A stretch of 44,469 nucleotides of DNA. Origin: Octopus bimaculoides. Taxonomy: Eukaryota. The stretch spans positions 17,874,189 to 17,918,657 of the forward strand of contig NC_068990.1 in assembly GCF_001194135.2 (NCBI RefSeq), given 5' to 3'. Below are positions 1-10,800 of this stretch, in pieces. Under the pieces are notes generated by a model. That model was not told the origin of the DNA. It did not search any database and was given only the letters and a program-made list of their open reading frames with translations. The translations under genes and the position numbers were made by a program. How positions within the stretch are numbered: the first letter of the stretch is position 1; each line of letters opens with the position of its first letter.

Positions 1-540
1 AAAGGAAAGTATTAGAGGAGAAAAGGCTCTACTTACTGTTTTCTGGTGGGGTGGCTCCCCTATGTTTTCGTGTGGGTGTCTCCACTAAATTTTGATAAAG
101 GCTAATGGTTTCAAATTTTTGGCACAACGTAAAAAGCATCATCTGAACATGGCTGATGCCAGTACCCACTGACTGGTTCCCGTGCAGGTGGCACATAAAA
201 AGCACTATCCAGATGTGATCAATGGCAGGCCTGTCTGACCAACTCCTGTGCCGGTGGCACGTAAAAAGCATCCACTACAATTCATGTACTGGAGTCAATG
301 GTAGCAATTAACAATTTCCCATCAAAATTGCTAGCCTTATGCACACTAGTGTAGCTAGAGTGTTTGCCACCTGGAGTAGCCCTTCCGTTTGCTGCCCTTG
401 GACCCCACAAAAAACACACTGCCTACAGCAGACCCAAAAGCGGTGCCCCTCTAAAAGTGCTACCTGGGTCAGACTGCTCCTAAAACCCCCACCCCCTCCC
501 CAGCTACGCTAGTACTTGTGCCTAAATCAAAAACAGTTGA

Positions 541-1880
541 AGGTAGCAAGCTGGCAGAAATGTTAGTGTTGGAAGAATATGAAGGTCAATAAGATACCAG
601 TTAAGTTCTAGGGGCAATGTAATTGATTAACACCTCAACTTAAAATTGCTGGCCTTTTGCCAAAACTTTGAAACTATTAAGGCAGAGAACTGACAAAATC
701 ATTTGCACATTAGACAAAATGTTTAACAGCACAACCTCCTTACATTCAATGTTCAATTTCTGGTGAGGTCAACTTTACCTTTCACCCTTTTGTGATCAAT
801 AAAACAAAGGACCAGTCAAGTACTGGGATTGATGTGACCCACTAACTTTGTCTCCTTAAAATTTTTGGCCTTGTGTTAACATTTGAAACCATTATTATTA
901 TTGTTCAAATAGTACTTATTTTAGCAGGGTTGATAAAATAAATGTTAGTTGATTACTGGAGTTGAGGCAACTGACTAACCCGCAACTCCTGAAATTGCTG
1001 GTCTTGTACCAAAATTTAAAACAATTATTATTATTAATATCATTATTTATTTATGTTGTTGCTTTATTTAATGCAAGCTGTTCCAAATACCACCCAAGAA
1101 TCTCAAGTACCAACATGTCAGATATTTTGCTATGGATGTTATTCATGATTAATAATGGTATATTGTATGGGAGGGAGACCATAAACTGAAAACTAAGATT
1201 CTGTTAAATTTGTAATATTTCAGTTTCGAAAGAGTTTTAAAGGAATCAAATAGTTTCAAGTTGACAATATTTTTTCTTCGAATGTGGGCAGTACCCATGA
1301 GAACAATCTTTTGTAGTTCTGATACTTTTGAGTTTCCTGATATTTGGCTATATTGTTTAACAGCACCATTTGGTGATGTCTCCAAAGCTCTGATGATCAC
1401 AAGTACCGTTACTTTTCTAAGCTGTTGTTATTATTATTATTATAAAAGCAACGTGGCGAGCTGGCAGAATCATTAGCACACTGGATGAAATGCTTAGTGG
1501 TATTATGCCTGTTGCTACATTCTGAGTTCAAATTCTGCTGAGATTGACTTTGCCCTTTCAGGGGTAATATATTAAGTACCAAGGAAACACTGGGGTCAAT
1601 GTAATCAACTTACCCCCTCCCCAAAATCTCAAGCCTTGTGTCTAAAGTAGAAAGGATTATTATTATAAAAGCAGTGAAGTGGCAGAATCATAAGTGTAAC
1701 ACATGAAATGCTTAAATGCATTATTTCTGGCTCTTTATGTTCTGAGTTCAAATCCCACCAAGGTCAGGTTTGTCTTTCATCTTCTTGAGGTTGATAAAAT
1801 AATTACCATACCATTGTGGTCAATGTAATTGACTAGTCCACTCTCCCCAAGTTGCGTTTATAGTAGAACTTGTGCTTATA
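541..1880 (+). mobile_element. Cluster of five tandem copies of an (ATT)n-tailed tRNA-like SINE (family A), interrupted by a LINE fragment
   Basis: Repeated body GGTGGCGAGCTGGCAGAAT...TTCTGAGTTCAAATT (B-box-like)...TAAGTACC...GGCCTTGTG...ATTATT at about 541-678, 679-902, 903-1036, 1446-1665 and 1666-1880. Confidence 0.8.
1025..1425 (-). mobile_element. 5'-truncated R4/Dong-like LINE 3' end
   Basis: The peptide ELQKIVLMGTAHIRRK matches the C-terminus IQKIALLGTAHILRK of the element at 33.5 kb. Flanked by TAT runs on both sides. Confidence 0.75.
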
Positions 1881-1933
1881 GCAGAAAGAATTGTTATTTT
1901 TATTGCTATTTATTTATTATATTTTTCTTTTAG

Positions 1934-2055
1934 CCAACTTGTCCTGCTATGCTTGCTCCCACAAATACAGTCGAACAAGAAACACAAATTCCTGTGTGAC
2001 TCATTTGACAGATGACTTTATACAAAAATGTTCTGAAAATCAGAAATATTGTCAG
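1934..2055 (+). CDS. Ly6/uPAR (three-finger, quiver/sleepless-like) protein, internal coding exon
   Basis: Acceptor TTTCTTTTAG|CC (phase 1) and donor CAG|GTATG (phase 0). Encodes (A)NLSCYACSHKYSRTRNTNSCVTHLTDDFIQKCSENQKYCQ with the LU-domain start CxxC. Splices in frame to 3141. Confidence 0.88.
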
Positions 2056-2147
2056 GTATGTATGCACTGGGAGGACAAAGGTGAGAAGATTATGATTGTT
2101 TTTTGTTTTATTTGGGGGAAACAATCAGTAAGGAGAAAGAGTATATA

Positions 2148-2195
<48 letters not shown>

Positions 2196-2740
2196 AGTGG
2201 TAGGTAGGCTATCCCTGTAGGTGCAGTCTAGCCAAAGGTTTCAGTTGTCTGCTTTGCAACCCTGAGGTTTTGGGTTTGACCTCACTGCTTTGTGTCTTGA
2301 GCAAATGTCACTTTCTATAGCCTTGGGTTGACCCATACCTTGTGAGTGAAACTGGGTAAATGGAGATTGTATTGAAGCCCATAAGTTAGATTGTACTTTT
2401 AATTCAAAAAGAACAGCCTTATGCATTGTGTCATATTGATTCTGCTTGAGAATTATCCTTTAACGTACATATGTATGTGGAGTACTCAGCCACTTACATG
2501 TTAGTTCAGGAGCAGGTAATTATTCTCCACCCTTTTCCTACTGACTGTCCATGTAGATCAACTGTCCATTACCCTGTGTAACAAATTTTAATTTTCTTTT
2601 GTGTTTGGTCTGTAAGTATTATTTCATATTTGCTTCTATCTAGAAATCAAAGGAAATGACTACAATTCCCTTCAAACTTTGCTTTTGTGACTGGGATATC
2701 AATGCATTTCAGACAGATTCAGTACTGAGTTGCTGAAGCA

Positions 2741-2856
2741 GAATTTCCTGGAAGTTTCAAGAACTTCTGTGACGTTTCTAAAAGTTTCAAGAATTTCTAG
2801 AATGTTCTGGCAATATAAATGGCAGTATAAGGGATCATAAATTCAACAGTTCAGTT
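2741..2856 (+). promoter_or_regulatory. Heat-shock-element-like array plus TATA and Inr-like motif (possible solo LTR)
   Basis: Perfect GAAnnTTCnnGAA at 2751-2763 and TTCnnGAAnnTTC at 2795-2807, with imperfect units between. TATAAAT at 2814-2820 and TCAGTT at 2851-2856. Confidence 0.45.
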
Positions 2857-3140
2857 TACTTCTAGCTGTCCAAATGGAGATAAGTTTGAAGAAAGCAAAG
2901 TTTGAAGGAAATATTGTTCATTTTTCATACTTTCTAGGTATAAGCAAATAGGAAATAACAGTTGCTCCCTATGGACAAAAATTGTGTTACACAGTGTTTT
3001 ATTACTATTATGTCTATTCCACTCGTGCCTATCTCTATTCATTCCCCTTACCCCTAACTTCTTCACCTTTTACTTTTTCAGACATGCTACACCAGACAAC
3101 ATATCAAATTACTTTTCCATTTACACATTTTCTTTTGCAG

Positions 3141-3383
3141 GTGAAAGCTGTTTTAACCTATGGTGATGTGAAATCCATACAAAGAGGCTGTGTCACCAGT
3201 TGCAAAACTATTTGCAAGTATATCCTGTTTGGAATTAGCAAGAAGATTTGCACCAAATGCTGTGATAAATATTTATGCAATGATGATATAGCTTCCCATG
3301 CTGCAGCTATGGACCCTAAACTCATAGTTTTCCTCACTTATATAACCGCTATTATTATTACTACTGCGGTTATTCAACGGTGA
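3141..3383 (+). CDS. Ly6/uPAR protein, last coding exon with CC-x4-CN motif and GPI-type hydrophobic tail
   Basis: Acceptor TTTTCTTTTGCAG|GTG, phase 0. Encodes VKAVLTYGDVKSIQRGCVTSCKTICKYILFGISKKICTKCCDKYLCNDDIASHAAAMDPKLIVFLTYITAIIITTAVIQR*, with TGA at 3381-3383. Confidence 0.9.
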   Translation: MKAVLTYGDVKSIQRGCVTSCKTICKYILFGISKKICTKCCDKYLCNDDIASHAAAMDPKLIVFLTYITAIIITTAVIQR

Positions 3384-3854
3384 AATCGCGGTAAAAAATG
3401 GCAGACTTCCAGATTAAATATCTTACAGAATTTACTCTTGTCTTTCTTTGTTCTGAGATCAATCCCACTCTTTAGGGGTCAACTTTGCCTGTCCCCTCTC
3501 TCCAGAGCTTTTGTTGGTCCTAGCGCAACCCTGGTAAAGCAGAGATATTACCAAAAACAGTTCCAGCATTGACCATCTCTATTTTTTTTATCAGATGTAG
3601 TGTATCTAGGAGTACTTTAACCATTGTGTCTATTCATTTTTAAAATAGTAGGGTGTGATTTGAGGGAGATTTAGCTGCTATTTCTAGCAAATCAATCGAT
3701 TGCTTAGAGGATTTTTCATTTGTTATTTCTCCTCCAGGGTTGTTGTTGTTTAGCTTCAGCTCAAACTTGATAAAAAAAAAAAAAAGTAGGCCCATGATGA
3801 AAGGTGTTTCAACATTTACTCTCTCAGTGTTTTTTGTTTACAGATATCACTCAG

Positions 3855-4260
3855 GTATGGTTGTGTGGTTAAAAAGCTTACTTTGCAACCACTTTGTTTC
3901 AGGTTCAGTCCCACTGTGCAAGTGTCTTACTCCATAGCCTCAGACTGACCAACCCCTTGTGAGTGAATTTGGTTGAAGGAAACTGTGTGGAAGCCTGTTG
4001 TATGTATGTATGTATATGTAAGCATGTATGTGCATGTCTTTGTGTTTGTATTTGTCCCTCACACCTCTCACCACTTAACAACTGGCGTTGGTTTGTTTAT
4101 GTCCTGTATATTAGTGATTAGGCAAATGAGACTGATAGAATAAGTACCAAACTTTAAAACAAATAAGTACTGGGGTGGATTTGTTTGACTAAACCCTTCA
4201 AGGTGGTACCCCAGCATGGCCATAGTCCAGTGACTCAATCAAATCAGAAAATACATGATA
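3855..4260 (+). mobile_element. tRNA-derived SINE family C (CORE-like CCTTGGGCAAGTGTCTT segment, internal microsatellite)
   Basis: Head TGGTTGTGTGGT...GGTTCAGTCCCACT, then (TATG)n, then a 3' part ending CAGTCCAGTGACTCAA. Other copies at about 2215-2400, 7080-7300, 16675-16970(-), 19775-19865(-), 22290-22520(-), 30588-30705, 41215-41370(-) and 44240-44450(-). Confidence 0.8.
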
Positions 4261-5589
4261 ATACATATATAACTACCTTATTAATGTATCTTTGTCTTTT
4301 TAAGATGGTAGGGAGTGAATTGCAGGACATTTGGCTACTACTTCTAGCAGTTCAAGCAACCATATAGAGGCCTTTTCATCTGTTGATAAACTAGGTTATA
4401 TTATGACTTAATTGATTTATGTCATTGCCCTTTATACAACATATCTTATAACTTTGTATGACATCATTATTCTTCATTATGTGGTTGAGCATGATTAAAT
4501 ATAAATAAAAATAAGAACAAAAACTGTCAGTCATTTCTTTTTCCTCCTGCACCCCACAACTGGTTATTCTCACCTCTAATCCACTATTCACTACCTCCAC
4601 CCTCCAACCCTACCCAGGCTTTACAGTTGTTGCCTACCTCCCCTCCCGTCACCCATTCCTCATCTCTCACCCCCTCCATACATACCTGCAAACCCCCACC
4701 TACCCACACTCCTTGTTCCTCTCTCCCCACTTGATTCTACTCACTTCGTACCTTGAAGGTCCACAGAGACACCTCATCACTTCTATTTCTTATCTCTTTC
4801 CAGTTCCATCTGATCACACTCACCCTCTCTTCTCAAATGTGAGTAGTCATGTGGCCCTTCTACAGCAAGAAACCTGTTCTGCTCTGGCCTTTTCTCTCAT
4901 ACTTTAACCCCTCATTTTCTAGTATAAAGTCACCCCACTTTGAGGATTAGTCACGGAAGGTGCATGGTGACCTTAATAGTGCTGGTACCATGAAAAAAGC
5001 ACCAGCACATGCCGTGAGGTGGTTGACATTAGGAAGGGCATCCAGTGGTGGAAATCCTGCCAAGGGAGTACTGAAGTGCAATGCAGCTCTTGGACCCATT
5101 GGATCTTGTCAAACTGTCTAACCTATGCCAACATGGAGACTTAAAACAAAAAGATGATGACAATGGTGATGATGATGATGATGATTGAACGTTTACCTTA
5201 AAAACATTCCTTTAATAGTTTGCCTAAAAATGCCCCTTATCAAATTGTGATGAGATTAGGAGCATGTTGGACCTCATTGCTGTGCTAATTTATATGATTC
5301 ATAAAAACCATATCTTGTTGATGTTCAAGCAAACATCAATACTTTTCTAATATTATTATTCTCTTATTTTACTTTTTTTCAGTAAAAACAGAAATTTGGC
5401 ATAATCCAGCAATTCTTTATCTGAAGAAAAATTCCTTCTGGGGTTAAAATTTTCAAATTCTAAAGGAAAAATTGGTGATTCCAATGGGGATATTGTTTAG
5501 ATTGGAAAATTACTTATGATTATTCACAGTGTTTTTGCTACATTTATTTCCCCTTAATGTTGATTTTTTTTTTCATTAGGCCTATAATA

Positions 5590-6560
5590 TTAAATTAATA
5601 TCAGGTGAAACAAAGGTAATATATTTCAACAGAAATATTGTAATATAAAGGTTAAAATTAAAACTTTCATTCAAAGCTTTATGTTAATTTATGTTCCAAA
5701 TATCAGCTTAATAATTATTAAGATATTTTAACATGCTTCATTATTTTCAAAATGTATTGAAACAGAGGCAGTGTATTTCAACAGAAATTTGGCAATAAAA
5801 GAGTTAAAATGATCTAAATTAAAAATTTCAATCAAAACTTCATGCTAATTTATGTTCTGAATAAAGTGGCAAGCTGACAAAATCGTTAGCATGTTAGTAA
5901 AATGCTTAGCAGCGTTTCATCTGTCTTCTACATTTTGATTTAAATTCCACCAAGGTCCACTTTGCCTTTCGTCTTTTCAGGGTTAATAAAATAAGTACCA
6001 GTTGAACAATGGGGTTGATGTAATGAACCTGTCCCCTCCCCCAGAATTACTGGCCTTGTGCCAAAATTTGAAACCGATATTAATTTAAACGAAGGTAATG
6101 TATTTCAACAGAAATATGATAACAAAAGAGTTAAAATGATCTAAATTAAAACTTAACATCAAAATTTAATTTTGTTCTAAATAAGGAAGCAAGCAGGCAG
6201 AATTGTTAGCATGCTAGGCAAAATGCTTAGCAACATTTTGTTCATCTGTATGTTCTGAGTTCAAATTCTGCCGGAGTTTACTATGCTTTTCATCCTTTCA
6301 GAGTCAATCAAATAAATACTGATTGAACACTGTGGTTGATGTGATTGGCTTTCTCCCACCCACAAGATTACTGGCCTTGTGTCAAAATTTGACATCAATA
6401 TTAAATGAAACAAAAGCAAGGGTTAAAATGATCTAAATTAAAAATTTCCATCAAAACTTCATATTAACTCATGTTCTAAATATTAACTTAATAATGACAA
6501 AGATATTTCAATAAATTCTTCATTATTTTCAAAATTTATTGAAACAGATGCAATGAATTC
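5590..6560 (-). repeat. Tandem array of partial TTAA-type MITE units with two embedded family-A SINEs
   Basis: Recurrent GAAATATGATAACAAAAGAGTTAAAATGATCTAAATT units matching the 40329-40550 element. SINEs at about 5864-6081 and 6182-6401. Confidence 0.7.
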
Positions 6561-6785
6561 CAATGGAATTAACAACAATAACTAACAAATCACACATGTA
6601 ATGTTTTTACAGCCTACCTGTAAATGTTTATTTTCCTCGTATTTATTTCAAATTATATCAAATTTAAATACAGTTTTATATATTTTGTTTCATTTTATAT
6701 ATTTTGTTTCATTTTATATTCTTAATACTGAACTTGGAGTAAAAGTTTTTCCAAATATTTCTGCTATTGTCAGCTTTGCTGCCTT

Positions 6786-6914
6786 TTATTGCAGAGCATG
6801 TGTTAAGGTATTTATTAAGTAGTAAGTACCATTTCCACACTGGTTATCAAAGTCATCGAGTGCCATGTCCCATACTGCAAAGCCACCAAATGCATTTTCT
6901 TTCAACCACTGAGC
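6786..6914 (-). CDS. Chitinase last coding exon ([42 protein letters not shown])
   Basis: Acceptor TTTTTAG|GCT; 42 codons then TAA at 6788-6786. Hand-translated and absent from the ORF track. AATAAA overlaps the stop, and further AATAAA hexamers lie near 6627-6647. Confidence 0.92.
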   Translation of the reverse strand, partial: AQWLKENAFGGFAVWDMALDDFDNQCGNGTYYLINTLTHALQ

Positions 6915-7815
6915 CTAAAAATAAAAACACAATTTTGTTGAACAAAAAGAAAGCAAACAAACAAAAAACAACCCTCCTCAAATTACTGAGCAATGCAATT
7001 GACTAAAAATTCTCAGTCTAATGACTCAGTCTAATGGCCTCAGTCTAATGACTGAAATAAGTAAAAGATAAAAGATATGCATTTACGTATGTGTGTGTCT
7101 TCGGGTTTGTTCTCCTGTCACTTGAAAACCTGCGTTGGTTTGTTTATGTTCTTGTAACTTAATAGTTCAGTCAAAGAAACTGATAGAATAAGTACAGACC
7201 TGAGAGAAAAATATTGGGATCAATTTGCTTGATTAAATTCTTCAATGCAGTGCCCCTGCATGGCCAGAGTCCAATGTTTGAAACAAGTGAAAGAAGAAAA
7301 GAAGAAAAGAAATAAAAATATTTCTAAAAAATCCAATGGAAGACTCACTTTGATTGTTAAACTCTGGGCATCATCATAACCAATCCATTGGTCGTCCATG
7401 ACTAAATATGGCACCTTTTGTTCCTCAATCCAATATGTTTTGGCTCCACTCTTAATCATTTGGCAAATCTGAAAGAATTTCAGTAAAATCACTGTATGTT
7501 ACAATCATCATCATCATCATCATCATCGTTTAACGTCCGCTTTCCATGCTAGCATGGGTTGGACGATTTGACTGAGGACTGGTGAAACCGGATGGCAACA
7601 CCAGGCTCCAGTCTGATTTGGCAGAGTTTCTACAGCTGGATGCCCTTCCTAACGCCAACCACTCAGAGAGTGTAATATAATAAATAAATAAATAAATATA
7701 ATAAATAAAATTTTTCCTTTAATTCTAATAGTTATTTAGCATTTCAAAATTCTTGGCACACTCATACATTAATATTAATTTCATTATTGTCACCACCACC
7801 ACCACCACCACCTCT

Positions 7816-7862
<47 letters not shown>

Positions 7863-10800
7863 TGTCTTTCTTGTTTTCATGTTCAGTTTATCATGATTGA
7901 ATAGGTCGGATGGAATTTGTTGAGGTTAATTTTTCTATGGCCAGATGCTCTTCCTGTTGCTAATCCTCAACTGGTTCTAGGCAATGTTATATTGCCCCAT
8001 GACTAGACATGTTTTCACAGAAGACTGGAAACTAAAGACACTGCATGTATAACGGTAACACTCATTTACGACAAAGACACACACACATACACATGATTAA
8101 ACAGATTCCAAAGAGGTTGGCAAAATGATTTGTGAGTAGACTAAAAGTGTTGCCTGATTGTAAAATGGTGGAGGGTGCTTTTTAGGTTCCTGGTAATTTC
8201 TGACTGAGGAAACCTATGGATAAAGACATTCCTACAGGCATGTTTCTTGAGATAAAAGAATGTGATTCAAGGAAGGGAATTTAGTTGTTATTTCTAGCAG
8301 ATCACATGGCCTCATAGAAGTTTTCTTGCTGGTGATGCTGTAGAATTATATTGTGATGTGGTAGCGAGGGCCTGATAATCATCTGAGTAATAGCGTCACC
8401 ATTGAATACTTTCTGTCATCTATAAGATGTAGGGCTACACAGGTTGGCAGATACCCATGATTTTTCCAGCCAGGGCATATAATATAAAGATTCACCTTGT
8501 ATCTTGAAAACAAGCATGGAAAGCCAAAGAAGTATATGATGGGCACCCTTCAAAAGAAAAAAAAAAAAGCCAGCCCACTTGAATTTTGAGAGTACTCACA
8601 GCCCCATACCAGGCCCAAGAGCAACCTTCTACTTTGGACAATTTCTCTTGGAGGCCCTGCTCCCAGTTGACTGATACATACATGCATGTGCATACACATG
8701 CACACTGTCAATTTCTGGGTAGCAAAATACCATCATGAAGCTTTGGTTGTGGTATAAATCTGGAACCACATTGTTGCACATAATCATACTTGTACCCATA
8801 AATATTTTATCAGTGCTTAAATTTGTTTATATTGTTGATTATAAAAATATAGACTGCACTCAAAAGATATTTTATCTCTTTTATGTATTTCTGTTAACAA
8901 GTGTAATGAGGTACTCGACAAGGGAAGTAATTAATCTTAAATATTTCCATCTTCATCTACCTGACTTTTATATCATCATCTTTGACACTTCTTGTCCTCA
9001 CCTGGCAATCAAGTCCATTGCTTCCTTCAGCTGTGGCAAGGGTTTGGAGCTAAGCTGTCCGAACTTAGGATAAATGTACATGATATTTTATCATGCATAA
9101 CTCACATGATTTGTGAGTAGACTAAAAGTGTTGCCTGATTGTAAAATGGTGGGTGGGGTGCATTCTATGCCTTGACCCAAGCATAGAACAGGACTCACCT
9201 CTTTGAGCTAGGAAATGAATGGAGTACCTGGTGTGTGTCTTGTGGCTACCCACTCCTGAAAAAATGGGGAAAAGGCCTGGGTATATATATTATGTATTAT
9301 ATATATATATATTTATATAATATNNNNNNNNNNNNNNNNNNNNNNNNNNNNNNNNNNNNNNNNNNNNNNNNNNNNNNNNNNNNNNNNNNNNNNNNNNNNN
9401 NNNNNNNNNNNNNNNNNNNNNNNNNNNNNNNNNNNNNNNNNNNNNNNNNNNNNNNNNNNNNNNNNNNNNNNNNNNNNNNNNNNNNNNNNNNNNNNNNNNN
9501 NNNNNNNNNNNNNNNNNNNNNNNNNNNNNNNNNNNNNNNNNNNNNNNNNNNNNNNNNTTGTATGATTGTGTATAGAGGAATATATTATTTTGTTTAAAAG
9601 AGTTCCAGCACTGTCTGTTTTTTTATGTTTTATTTATATTCCTGCAAAACCAATGTAGGATATAGAATATGGAATATACAATATATAATATAATATACAA
9701 TATATAATATAAAATAAAAATGGATGGTACTATGAAATAAAGTATTGAATGTCTTATTGAATATATGGAATATGTCTTATTGAATATATGGAATATGTCT
9801 TATTGAATAGATGAAATATTGAGTGTTACACACACACACACACACATACGTACAGGTGTGTATGATTGTGCATAGAAGAATATATTACTCAAAGAAATTC
9901 CAACTTTGTACGTCTAAGTATTAGTATTACTTAGAGGTACTATTTTTACTGCTATGACTACTATCACTAACAACAACAATACTAAAGGTGCTCGTTATGA
10001 TGATAGCAGGAAAATACTATCTAAGTCAGTAAAAATTCTTATTTTGGGGTTTAAAGTTCTATTACCACAGCTGCTCCTACCACCACCATCACCAACAACA
10101 ACAATAAAGGAGATGGTAACGATGATGATGATAATGGAAATGTAAAAATCCTTGGGAAATGTTGTTTACAACATTTCTAAAAATAACCTAACAATTACTG
10201 CTTTGGCCAGGGTCAAAATACAGGTCTCTGGACATATTTAACAAACCATGACACCGAAACCAAATGCCAATCAACTTAAGTAATTTAGTAAAATCACACA
10301 CTAATTGGTCAGAATGCAGTTTGCAAAAATTAACATTCTGGAGCCTAAACAAATGTATTTAAGGTACATAGTTTAGCCATCTTGCCACAGTTGTAAATTG
10401 TAAAAAATAACTGTCACCACTACTACACGGACATGAACATTGTAGAGTTTAATACATGAAAGTACTAGTTCAACCAGAATGGACATTTAATATTCTATCA
10501 TTTCATTATATTATATTATATCATTATAAGATTGTAAATAAAATGTGAAGATCAGACTAAGTTGGAATTTCTTTGAGTAATATACACACACACACACACA
10601 CACATACATGTATACACATGTGTACACACATGCATACACACACACACGCATGCACATACAGGTATACACATGCCCATGCACACACACACGCACAACATTA
10701 TATGTTCATAAGGGACTAAAGTATTTTTCAATATTTGAATTGTGAAAATGAAAATAAAATCACTTAATTTGTATAGAAGAAAAGTAATAACAAATATTTC

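Noticed and set aside
345-514. Possible small MITE (TAGTGTAGCTAG ... CCAGCTACGCTA)
   Set aside because: The inverted ends are short and no TSD could be found.
2984-3166. Signal-peptide-like ORF (VLHSVLLLLCLFHSCLS...) in the Ly6 intron
   Set aside because: It starts at GTG with no in-frame ATG, lies downstream of the first Cys exon, and is out of frame with the last exon.
7012-7053. 13-bp tandem repeat CTCAGTCTAATGA, three copies, near the last chitinase acceptor
   Set aside because: A small local slippage duplication about 100 nt from the splice site, with no evidence of function.
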